Part shown: piece by piece, positions 26,675-33,762 of the stretch
Numbering within the stretch: the first letter of the stretch is position 1
Layout of the letters: each line of letters begins with the position of its first letter
From: a virus
Reading direction: 5' to 3' (one strand)
Virus record (IMG/VR): IMGVR_UViG_3300025825_000008
DNA length: 42,960 bases
Position numbers and translations under genes: made by a program
The notes under the pieces: model-generated
Database searches by the model: none
Seen by the model: only the letters and a program-made list of their open reading frames with translations
Told to the model about the DNA's origin: nothing

Positions 26675-27249
26675 TAAGCTAAACCTTTTACTTGATAAAA
26701 TAGCGACTCTAAATCTTCAGTAGGAGCCTTATAATTTGCACCTTTATTAATATTAGCTTTTATATCCGGTAAAACTTTTTCAATTGCTTTAGTATCATTA
26801 CTATCGCATATTATTCTTAACACTACAAGATAATAAGAAAACATATCTAAATCTTTTAAAGCTTCAACGCAAGAAATACATATTAAATGTGCTATTTTTC
26901 TTAGTATAATTATCTCATAATCTAGTTTAGAATAATCGGCTATATCAACATAACTAGATAATAAAGAAGCTTGAAATATATCTACATTAGGTTTTTTGTG
27001 TTTACTTATATGTTTTTCAAATAAACTTTCAATATATTCAGGAGAATAGCCTAATTTCCATAATATGCCTATAGCTACAAAAGTAATGTCTCCAACAGCG
27101 TCTAGTGTTTCTATAGGGTTACCTATTATTCGAGCGTTTTCTAACTCTCCGGCTTCTTCAACTAATAAAGCATTAGCTAAACCAAAATTAAAAATACGTT
27201 CATAGCGCTTTTCATTCCAATTTATTACTCTTTCAAAAACTGAAGTCAT
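26674..27249 (-). CDS. All-alpha MazG/dimeric-dUTPase-type nucleoside triphosphate pyrophosphohydrolase
   Basis: 191 aa. Metal-binding helices LLVEEAGELENA (EExxE) and LDAVGDITFVAI (DxxD). RBS AAGGA. Confidence 0.6.
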   Translation of the reverse strand: MTSVFERVINWNEKRYERIFNFGLANALLVEEAGELENARIIGNPIETLDAVGDITFVAIGILWKLGYSPEYIESLFEKHISKHKKPNVDIFQASLLSSYVDIADYSKLDYEIIILRKIAHLICISCVEALKDLDMFSYYLVVLRIICDSNDTKAIEKVLPDIKANINKGANYKAPTEDLESLFYQVKGLA

Positions 27250-27259
27250 TTTTTAATCC

Positions 27260-28141
27260 TTATACATTTAATTCAAATTTAATTACAGGACCTGAAATAT
27301 AGTTATTAATGTTTAACATTTCAGGTTTAAAGTTAAATACTGTTGCGTCTTTATCTATACTATAAGAAGGTGCGTCAGGAAAACGCAAATTAGGGTAATC
27401 ACTTAATGTTGTGTTTAAAAATATATCTACTTGAGGCAGATGATTTTCATATATATGAGTATCACCTAATATCATAGTTATGTTTCCAGAAGTAAAACCA
27501 CATTGATTAGCTAATATAATATTCCAAGCAGCAGCTAAAATAATATCACTAGGTAAACCTACCATAGTATCAACACTACGCTGATACCATATCATATCTA
27601 AAAATGTTACCTCTTTTTCATTAACAATTTCAGTTCTTGTATACCACTGATACAATAAATGGCAACAAGGTAAAGATAGCTCATCTAATCTATCTGGGCG
27701 CCAAGCAGATATAATCATTCTTCTGTTATTAGGGTTAGTTTGTAATGTATTAATTAATTCTTTTAATTGATTATAGCCGTTAAAGTCTAACCAAGCATTA
27801 CCGTAATCTAAGTTTAACTCTCCTCCTTTAGCTTGCTCTTCATCGTATAAACAACCCTCTTTTTCTGCCCCCCAAGCATCCCAATAATTGCAACCATATT
27901 GTTTAAAGTCATTTATATGCTTGGGACCTTTTAGCATAGCAGCTAATTCACCAATAACAGGCTTATAGAACATTTTTCTACTTCTTATTAAAGGAAATGT
28001 TTTACTTGTATCAAAAGCTAAAGTTTTACCAAACAAAGAAATAGTAGCGCCATTACGAGTTTCTTTTTTTAGCCCTTCAGCTAATATTTCTCTTATTAAA
28101 GACTTATAACTCCATTCTATATCTAAAAGGTCCTTAGGCAT
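27260..28141 (-). CDS. Thymidylate-synthase-family enzyme with Asn177->Asp: predicted deoxycytidylate C5-methyl/hydroxymethyl-transferase
   Basis: 293 aa. TRNG, VIGELAAML, YWDAWG, NRRMIISAWR, LPCCH, YQRSVD and GDTHIY align to the ThyA catalytic motifs. GLPSDII replaces ThyA GLPFNIA, placing an Asp exactly 11 residues after the YQR arginine. Confidence 0.7.
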   Translation of the reverse strand: MPKDLLDIEWSYKSLIREILAEGLKKETRNGATISLFGKTLAFDTSKTFPLIRSRKMFYKPVIGELAAMLKGPKHINDFKQYGCNYWDAWGAEKEGCLYDEEQAKGGELNLDYGNAWLDFNGYNQLKELINTLQTNPNNRRMIISAWRPDRLDELSLPCCHLLYQWYTRTEIVNEKEVTFLDMIWYQRSVDTMVGLPSDIILAAAWNIILANQCGFTSGNITMILGDTHIYENHLPQVDIFLNTTLSDYPNLRFPDAPSYSIDKDATVFNFKPEMLNINNYISGPVIKFELNV

Positions 28142-28142
28142 A

Positions 28143-28580
28143 CTAATCCTTTCTTAAAGCTAAGTTTTTCGCAGTATAAATATGTATAACTCCTCTGTCA
28201 TCTTCAACAGCATAACGTTGTAAGCCAGATAATTTAGTAAAAGTACCGATGACAATTCCAGAAAAAGTATAATCTCCTGTTATTTTTTTAACTTTAGTTC
28301 CAATAGGAAAAGTAAACTCTTTAGGTTTTACGGATTTATTTTTTTCCTGTACACATGTGCGTTTACTTCTTATTGTTTTAAGATTGTTTAAGTGCTTATC
28401 ATAAAAAGCAGTTGCTCTTTGACTTTCTTGTATAAATTGTTTTTCATATTTTACGACGTTAGATTTTTCTTCTTCTAACATCTTTATAGTGTCATTTAAA
28501 TACTTATCATCAGCATTTTCAAAATCTATATTATCTGCTATTGCGTCACCAATAGCTAAAAACATTTTAAAATCATTCAT
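28143..28580 (-). CDS. Hypothetical protein (145 aa; start moved to internal Met)
   Basis: The track ORF (to 28718) reads through a tRNA-like element. Met47 (ATG 28580) has a strong RBS, AAAGGAAAGGA. The C-terminal KVKKITGDYTFSGIVIGTF...YAVEDDRGVIHIY looks SH3/Tudor-like. Confidence 0.5.
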   Translation of the reverse strand: MNDFKMFLAIGDAIADNIDFENADDKYLNDTIKMLEEEKSNVVKYEKQFIQESQRATAFYDKHLNNLKTIRSKRTCVQEKNKSVKPKEFTFPIGTKVKKITGDYTFSGIVIGTFTKLSGLQRYAVEDDRGVIHIYTAKNLALRKD

Positions 28581-28616
28581 TTTATTTTCCTTTCCTTTAA
28601 TTAAGTTAAAAAAGCG

Positions 28617-28682
28617 GGATAACGGGGAGATTTGAACTCCCATAACATTGCGCAATGTACCTAACCATTCAGTCACGTCATC
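28617..28682 (-). ncRNA. tRNA-like element (acceptor stem + canonical T arm; anticodon arm replaced by a 14-nt palindromic hairpin)
   Basis: Minus strand: GATGACG TG ACTG AATGGTT AGGT ACATT GCGC AATGT TAT GGGAG TTCAAAT CTCCC CGTTATC C, followed by GCTTTTTT. 66 nt, too short for a decoding tRNA. Confidence 0.45.
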
Positions 28683-28701
28683 CCTAACCTGCGCAGGTAT
28701 T

Positions 28702-30408
28702 TTATTGGTTATACTCATAAATAAATGTACCAGATTCTATATCTCCCCAATTCCAACCAACTCGTATATTTACTGGCATTGGTAAATCAGTAATAGTTAC
28801 AGATTGACACATTTGTTGCCAAGCATCTTGCATAGCATCAGCTATAATTTTAGAGGCAGGCATATAAACAGCGTCATTATTAGGCGCAGTAAATATATAA
28901 TTATCATGCACAAAATTACGAAGTTGAATATCTTTACTAATTTCTTTAAGTTTTGGAAGCATATAGTGCATAGCTAGTTTAGCCACCTCAGCTTCAAAAC
29001 CTTGTATTTGCATAGCTAATTGGTCTGTCATCAGTTTAGCAGTATAACGTCTACCCAATGGAGTTTGCCATGGTTTTTTACTCCTCCAATCTTTAATTCC
29101 TAGTTGTTGCCAATTGTCAATAGCTATCCAAAGAGTCAACCAATCTTTAATAAATTGTTTGCCATCTTTTTCATCTAAAAATAAATCAGCTGATTTAATA
29201 AGAATATTTAAGAATACACCTAAACCAGCGCCAAACAATAAACCAAAATTAGCCGTTTTACATATTTGACGTTGCTCAGGCATAAAGTTTTTACCAAAAA
29301 TCATTTCTGCAACATAATTATGTAAATCTTCACCAGCTCTAAACAACTCCTCCATTTTTTTATCTCCCGTTTTTGCACAAACACATCTTAGCTGCATTTG
29401 AGAAAAATCAGAATAAATAAGAATAGTATCACCATTTTCAGGTACACCAAATAAACTTTTTAAACTACGGGGTAATTGTTGTAAATTTTGGTCATCTGAA
29501 GTTGTTCTACCTGAACGAGCAGAGCACTTAAATTTACCGTACAGTAAGCCAAAATTATCGTCTTCAGGGCAAGGCTCTATACTAGAATATTCTGCCATTG
29601 TATTAATAAACTTAGCTAAAAAAGAATTATTTTTAACTAATTTGCGAGTTTCACGAACATTTGCAGCTTTAGTATTACCTTGTAAAGCTAATTTAGCTAA
29701 ACCTAAATCGTCAGAATTTTGTGTGTCTATATAAGCTCTTACTTGTTTATAAGAGTTACAATTAATGGGTAAACCAATTTCATTAATACGAGAATTATTT
29801 TTAATAAATCTTTCTCGTATTTTTTGTCTATTAACAGGCATACCGTTATTCTGAAAGTCTAAGCAATTTCTAGTTGTAAGTATATCTAGTTTATAGCTAA
29901 AATCTTCTTGTTTTACTTTAACTATATCATAAACTTTTTGCAAATAATATACATCAGCTGCAGCATATTGTTTTTGACTTTCAGATAAAACAGGAACACT
30001 CCAATCAGATTTACCTTGCTCATTATCCTCATAAGGCCTTTCACCTGTTACGTAATAAACAACTTCTGTAAAGTTAAACTTTTCTTTTAAGAAAAAGTGT
30101 AGTCTAGCTAAAAGAAAAGTACAATCAAACTTTTCAGGAATCCATTTCTGTTTACCTAAGTTATCCTGAATAGTAGTTATATCATAATGAGCATTATGCA
30201 TTATGATATGTTGTTTAGATAATAAACTAACTAATTCATAAGGTGAAGGATATTCAACAAATATAATAGTTGGCCAATCTTCTTGATAAAATTGAGCTAA
30301 CCTAATTCTACCATAAAAACCTTGTGTTTCTGTATCAAACATTAAAGGTTTATTAGAGTCTATTAAACTTCTAACATCTGCTATAGTACTAAACCGATAA
30401 TCTAACAT
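28702..30408 (-). CDS. Family A DNA polymerase with 3'-5' exonuclease domain
   Basis: 568 aa. Exo I FDTET, Exo II HNAHYD, Exo III YAAADVYY. Pol motif A YSDFSQMQLR, motif B RQICKTANFGLLFGAG, motif C VHDNYIF. Confidence 0.9.
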   Translation of the reverse strand: MLDYRFSTIADVRSLIDSNKPLMFDTETQGFYGRIRLAQFYQEDWPTIIFVEYPSPYELVSLLSKQHIIMHNAHYDITTIQDNLGKQKWIPEKFDCTFLLARLHFFLKEKFNFTEVVYYVTGERPYEDNEQGKSDWSVPVLSESQKQYAAADVYYLQKVYDIVKVKQEDFSYKLDILTTRNCLDFQNNGMPVNRQKIRERFIKNNSRINEIGLPINCNSYKQVRAYIDTQNSDDLGLAKLALQGNTKAANVRETRKLVKNNSFLAKFINTMAEYSSIEPCPEDDNFGLLYGKFKCSARSGRTTSDDQNLQQLPRSLKSLFGVPENGDTILIYSDFSQMQLRCVCAKTGDKKMEELFRAGEDLHNYVAEMIFGKNFMPEQRQICKTANFGLLFGAGLGVFLNILIKSADLFLDEKDGKQFIKDWLTLWIAIDNWQQLGIKDWRSKKPWQTPLGRRYTAKLMTDQLAMQIQGFEAEVAKLAMHYMLPKLKEISKDIQLRNFVHDNYIFTAPNNDAVYMPASKIIADAMQDAWQQMCQSVTITDLPMPVNIRVGWNWGDIESGTFIYEYNQ

Positions 30409-30430
30409 TATTTACGCCTTTATATAATTA

Positions 30431-30640
30431 TTAACATTTAAAAGTTACGTGATAACCTTTATGTATTTTAACTGCGTTAGGCGCAACTTTGCCATTAAAA
30501 GTAATATCTTTTTTATCATAGGCAAAAACTTTATACAAATAAGCCTTTGCTTTAGGATTAGAAGCTTCATGATTTTTTACTGCTTTATACGCAGATTCAT
30601 AATCTTTAAAAGTTTTACCTATAATAGTGCTATTCATCAT
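30431..30640 (-). CDS. Hypothetical protein (69 aa)
   Basis: ATG lies within the last codons of the upstream gene (ATGATGAATAG). Lys-rich and beta-rich. Confidence 0.5.
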   Translation of the reverse strand: MMNSTIIGKTFKDYESAYKAVKNHEASNPKAKAYLYKVFAYDKKDITFNGKVAPNAVKIHKGYHVTFKC

Positions 30641-31106
30641 ATACTCCCAAGTTTATTTCTTTTGTTTTACCTCCAGTAAAAGCATCATGTAAACTTGATG
30701 CTTTTACCGCATCTATAGCTTCTGCATCTACTGCCATAGCGCCTAAAGCAAAATTTGCTCCTGAGCCAATAGCGTGATATTTATATAAAGATAGTTCCAT
30801 TAATTGTTTATCGCAATCAAAAAACCATAACTTTTTACTACCTAATTTACTTTTAGTAAAAATAATAGCTTTTAAATCATATTCGTTAATTTTTAACTTT
30901 TCTAAATTATTAAGCTGATTTTTAGCTATATGGTTAAGTAATTTTTGCGCTGTAGTTAATCTACCTGCCACTCCTACAATATAAATATTGCCATGGCTAT
31001 CAATTATTTCGTGTATCTTAGTTTCATCAGTTGATATTATTGTATCGCCAACTGATACTAAACCATCTGCAGCAATATGATAGTCTTTATACGCTATTGT
31101 TGTCAT
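30630..31106 (-). CDS. HslV/proteasome-beta-like N-terminal-nucleophile (Ntn) hydrolase
   Basis: 158 aa. Starts MTTIAYKD (E. coli HslV starts MTTIVSVRR). Has IAADG, TKIHEI (Lys33 position), GVAGR (GFAGG) and AIGSGANFALGAM (AIGSGGPYA). Confidence 0.7.
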   Translation of the reverse strand: MTTIAYKDYHIAADGLVSVGDTIISTDETKIHEIIDSHGNIYIVGVAGRLTTAQKLLNHIAKNQLNNLEKLKINEYDLKAIIFTKSKLGSKKLWFFDCDKQLMELSLYKYHAIGSGANFALGAMAVDAEAIDAVKASSLHDAFTGGKTKEINLGVYDE

Positions 31107-31333
31107 TATTTAACCTTTATTTCATAATTTTTATCTACAAAATTGTCTGCATCAGGATAAGCCTTGTAAAAGAATTTTTTACCTGCTTCTTCATTTCCAT
31201 CCGCTAGATTTACATATTCTTGCAAGTGTGATTCATAAGATTCACGTTTATTCTTAAAAGCCACTAATTTAGTTACCTCTTCTTTAGTTATGCATTTTAG
31301 CTCTTTTCCTATATAATCTTTTAAAAATTTCAT
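31106..31333 (-). CDS. Hypothetical protein (75 aa)
   Basis: Coupled at both ends (ATGA/TAATG). No motif recognised. Confidence 0.5.
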   Translation of the reverse strand: MKFLKDYIGKELKCITKEEVTKLVAFKNKRESYESHLQEYVNLADGNEEAGKKFFYKAYPDADNFVDKNYEIKVK

Positions 31334-31518
31334 TTGTTTAACCTTTTAATATCTTTTAAAACATGTTGCATATAAAAAGGACAAGATGCACTACTAGAAA
31401 TAATGATTTTCCGATTTGTTTTAATATGCTTTAGTTTTATATGTTTCCGATAAGGAAGTATCTCTAAGCCATATTTTTTACACCAAGTTTCTAATTGTAA
31501 CTTATCCTTTTTACGCAT
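31330..31518 (-). CDS. Hypothetical basic protein (62 aa)
   Basis: MRKKDKLQLETWCKKYGLEILPYRKHIKLKHIKTNRKIIISSSASCPFYMQHVLKDIKRLNK. Only a loose resemblance in secondary-structure order to YcfA/HicA-type proteins. Confidence 0.45.
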   Translation of the reverse strand: MRKKDKLQLETWCKKYGLEILPYRKHIKLKHIKTNRKIIISSSASCPFYMQHVLKDIKRLNK

Positions 31519-31532
31519 AAAATTACTGCAAA

Positions 31533-31928
31533 CTACTTTAAATTTTCGAGCGATTTGATATCAACATTGTTAGCTTTTAGAATTTCAAGCATTTGCTGTT
31601 TTTTACCTTTAAGTACAAGATTATTAATCTCTTTAAGTAAAGTTTGCTCTTTTTCTTTTAACGTTTCATACGCTTCTTTATCTACTTTTTGAACAATCCA
31701 AGCATATTCAATATTAACATTTTCAAAATCTAAAGTATCTTGAATGTCAACAGTTTTAACTTCAACAAGAGTTAAACCATTTTTACCTTCTACTAAAACA
31801 GTATCACCCACTTTAATTGTTTCATCAATTGTTTTGTAGGTATAGAACTTACCCATAGAATTAAAAGCAACACTGATTGCTCTTACTTTTTCGTTTGCTA
31901 AAAAAATAGCTAATGATTTATTTAACAT
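31533..31928 (-). CDS. Hypothetical protein (131 aa)
   Basis: Strong RBS AAGGAG. N-terminal beta-rich half, C-terminal coiled-coil. Confidence 0.6.
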   Translation of the reverse strand: MLNKSLAIFLANEKVRAISVAFNSMGKFYTYKTIDETIKVGDTVLVEGKNGLTLVEVKTVDIQDTLDFENVNIEYAWIVQKVDKEAYETLKEKEQTLLKEINNLVLKGKKQQMLEILKANNVDIKSLENLK

Positions 31929-31956
31929 TTTCTTGTCTCCTTAAGAAATTAATTAG

Positions 31957-32154
31957 TTACTTATTTATTTGATTCATTGCGCATAACCTAGATTCATCAC
32001 CTCTGCTCATCGCACAAGATAATTGTATAGGGTCAACTTTTTTACTGTTTTTTGCAATTAAATGATTTGCATGCATATTACACGAAGTAATTATTAAGCA
32101 AAATAAAATAAATCCTACTGTTATACACAAAGATAAAAATTTTTGAAATTGCAT
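31957..32154 (-). CDS. Small putative lipoprotein
   Basis: 65 aa. Signal peptide ending in the lipobox-like LIITSC (Cys25). The mature ~40 aa contains three more Cys residues. Confidence 0.5.
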   Translation of the reverse strand: MQFQKFLSLCITVGFILFCLIITSCNMHANHLIAKNSKKVDPIQLSCAMSRGDESRLCAMNQINK

Positions 32155-32258
32155 AGTAAAACCTTTTGTTAAAATTTTATCAAAAAATTACGGTAGACTT
32201 TGTATAATTAAACAGTTTTAACTCATGCTTAGGAGCTTTTATAAGGTGGTATAAATCC

Positions 32259-32915
32259 TTATAAAACTGGTTTAGACATAGCTTCATTTGATTCTACTAC
32301 TGTTTCGTCGGTTGGCATATCGTCATGTTTTTCATCAAAATCAACAAAACCACCTTCTTGAGATTCAAATCCACCATCATCTTTATATTCAACAAACTTG
32401 AATATTTGTATATTGTTTAGGTATAGTGAAACACCAACAGATTTATCATTTTTATTACCTGCGGAATAACGTTGAATACTACCGCTAATAGCACCTTGAG
32501 TGCCGTTACCAATTTTTCTACCTCCAAGTTCTACGCGTTTACCTATAGAATTATACACACCAATTTCTTTAGATTTACCATCACCAAAACTTGTTTTAGT
32601 AGAAAATTGAAACGCTACTTTACCTGTTGGTTTAGACTTTTTATCTCTTTCACTAGTTTTGGTGTTAGGCGCATATACACCATCTTCATCTTGACGTAAT
32701 TCTTTATAACCTTTAGACTTAACAGTTTCATTCGCTTGAACATTGCCCAGGCAAACTTCAATTTTTTCTATTAAATCTTCAGCTTTTGATTTATCCATAA
32801 CAATAGTAGCTTGATACACATAACCATCATCGTTATAGTTTCTTTTACCTTGTCCACTAATATGAACATAACTTAATTCACCTACTGGGGTAGTTATCTT
32901 TTCTAACTCTGACAT
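32259..32915 (-). CDS. T7 gp2.5-like single-stranded DNA-binding protein
   Basis: 218 aa. TTPVGELSYVHISGQGKRNYNDDGYVYQATIVMD parallels gp2.5 TAEPYAYIAKPDYG...GVYKVDLTI. Acidic C-terminal tail (FVDFDEKHDDMPTDE). RBS AAGGAG and its own promoter. Confidence 0.6.
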   Translation of the reverse strand: MSELEKITTPVGELSYVHISGQGKRNYNDDGYVYQATIVMDKSKAEDLIEKIEVCLGNVQANETVKSKGYKELRQDEDGVYAPNTKTSERDKKSKPTGKVAFQFSTKTSFGDGKSKEIGVYNSIGKRVELGGRKIGNGTQGAISGSIQRYSAGNKNDKSVGVSLYLNNIQIFKFVEYKDDGGFESQEGGFVDFDEKHDDMPTDETVVESNEAMSKPVL

Positions 32916-32933
32916 AAGAACTCCTTAAAATTT

Positions 32934-32957
32934 ATTAAACATTATATTAAACATTAT
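32934..32957. repeat. Perfect 2 x 12-bp tandem repeat in the SSB leader
   Basis: ATTAAACATTAT twice (minus strand ATAATGTTTAAT x2), lying between the -10 element at 32996 and the ATG at 32915. Confidence 0.9.
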
Positions 32958-32995
32958 ATACAGCAACGAAAGAATCGCTATATTTGAACAATCAT

Positions 32996-33024
32996 ATTAT
33001 ATAATATTATTTTATAAATGTAAA
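32996..33024 (-). promoter_or_regulatory. Sigma70-like promoter TTGTTTACA-N17-TATAAT (SSB operon)
   Basis: Minus strand: -35 TTTACA = 33019..33024, 17-nt spacer, -10 TATAAT = 32996..33001. Confidence 0.55.
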
Positions 33025-33046
33025 CAAAAATTTTTAATTTAATTGT

Positions 33047-33577
33047 TTAATTATTGTTACAATTAATAGTTTTTATCATAGCACAAACATAATCAATTTG
33101 TGTTAAGCAATCATCAATAGCTGTATGGCGCATACCTTTACACTTTGTTTTAACTTCCGGGGCTAAAAATGTTAAAGTACGAATATCTTTAACTGCGTTA
33201 TATTTCCAAGGCATATTAGAATGCCCATAAGATTTAAATAAATTTTCTATTATAGGTGCATCAAATGTAGCATGACACCATATACTAGATTCTTTACGGT
33301 ATACAAAAAAGTCTTGTATATCATTAAGCATTTTATGATAAGTAATTCTAAAGTCTTTTTGAAAAACTTTAGCTCTTACTTCATCTCTTTGACTCATCCA
33401 CCATTGAATAGTTTCAAAACAAGGTTTTGAATACTTAAAATTAGGCTCAACTAAAGCATGATATTTAGCTCCAATTTCTCCTTTTAAATTGAATTCAACT
33501 AACCCAATCTCAACTACTGGTGCAAGGGCAGTTTTTCCTAATGTTTCTAGGTCAATCATTACATGTTCAAAACTCAT
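33047..33577 (-). CDS. DEDDh-type 3'-5' exonuclease (DnaQ-like)
   Basis: 176 aa. MIDLETLG (Exo I), CHATFDAPII (Exo II), MRHTAIDDC (H-x4-D, Exo III). RBS GGAGGA. Confidence 0.75.
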   Translation of the reverse strand: MSFEHVMIDLETLGKTALAPVVEIGLVEFNLKGEIGAKYHALVEPNFKYSKPCFETIQWWMSQRDEVRAKVFQKDFRITYHKMLNDIQDFFVYRKESSIWCHATFDAPIIENLFKSYGHSNMPWKYNAVKDIRTLTFLAPEVKTKCKGMRHTAIDDCLTQIDYVCAMIKTINCNNN

Positions 33578-33762
33578 AGTAAATCCTCCAAATTTTCGTG
33601 TAAAATTTTAGGGTTAATAAAAGCAATAATAGGAAGTACAAAAATAATTATTACTATACATAAGACTGCAAAGCTAAAAGATAAGCTTATTAAAACTATA
33701 ACCAACAATAACAATGGCATAATACATAAAGTAACTAAAGCGGATAAAAGTCTATTTTTCAT
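33574..33762 (-). CDS. Small membrane protein (two TM segments)
   Basis: 62 aa. LLSALVTLCIMPLLLLVIVLISL and FAVLCIVIIIFVLPIIAF. RBS GGAGGA. ATGA-coupled downstream. Confidence 0.55.
   Translation of the reverse strand: MKNRLLSALVTLCIMPLLLLVIVLISLSFSFAVLCIVIIIFVLPIIAFINPKILHENLEDLL

Noticed and set aside
28617-28682. A functional, decoding tRNA gene.
   Set aside because: The element is only 66 nt. The anticodon arm would be 14 nt (4-nt loop) instead of 17 nt, and no alternative register gives a 5-bp stem with a 7-nt loop and U33. I keep it only as a tRNA-like element or pseudogene.
28581-28718. tRNA-like sequence as a phage attP core (integration into a host tRNA gene).
   Set aside because: I recognised no integrase, excisionase or repressor anywhere in the genome. 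The element also includes the 5' acceptor strand, not just the 3' tRNA portion typical of attP sites.
31330-31518. HicA-like toxin (62-aa basic protein with helix/strand order loosely like YcfA/HicA), possibly forming a TA pair with a neighbour.
   Set aside because: The conserved GSH motif is missing. Neither neighbour looks like HicB (no RNaseH-like/RHH or HTH pattern). The resemblance is only compositional, which is not enough to call.
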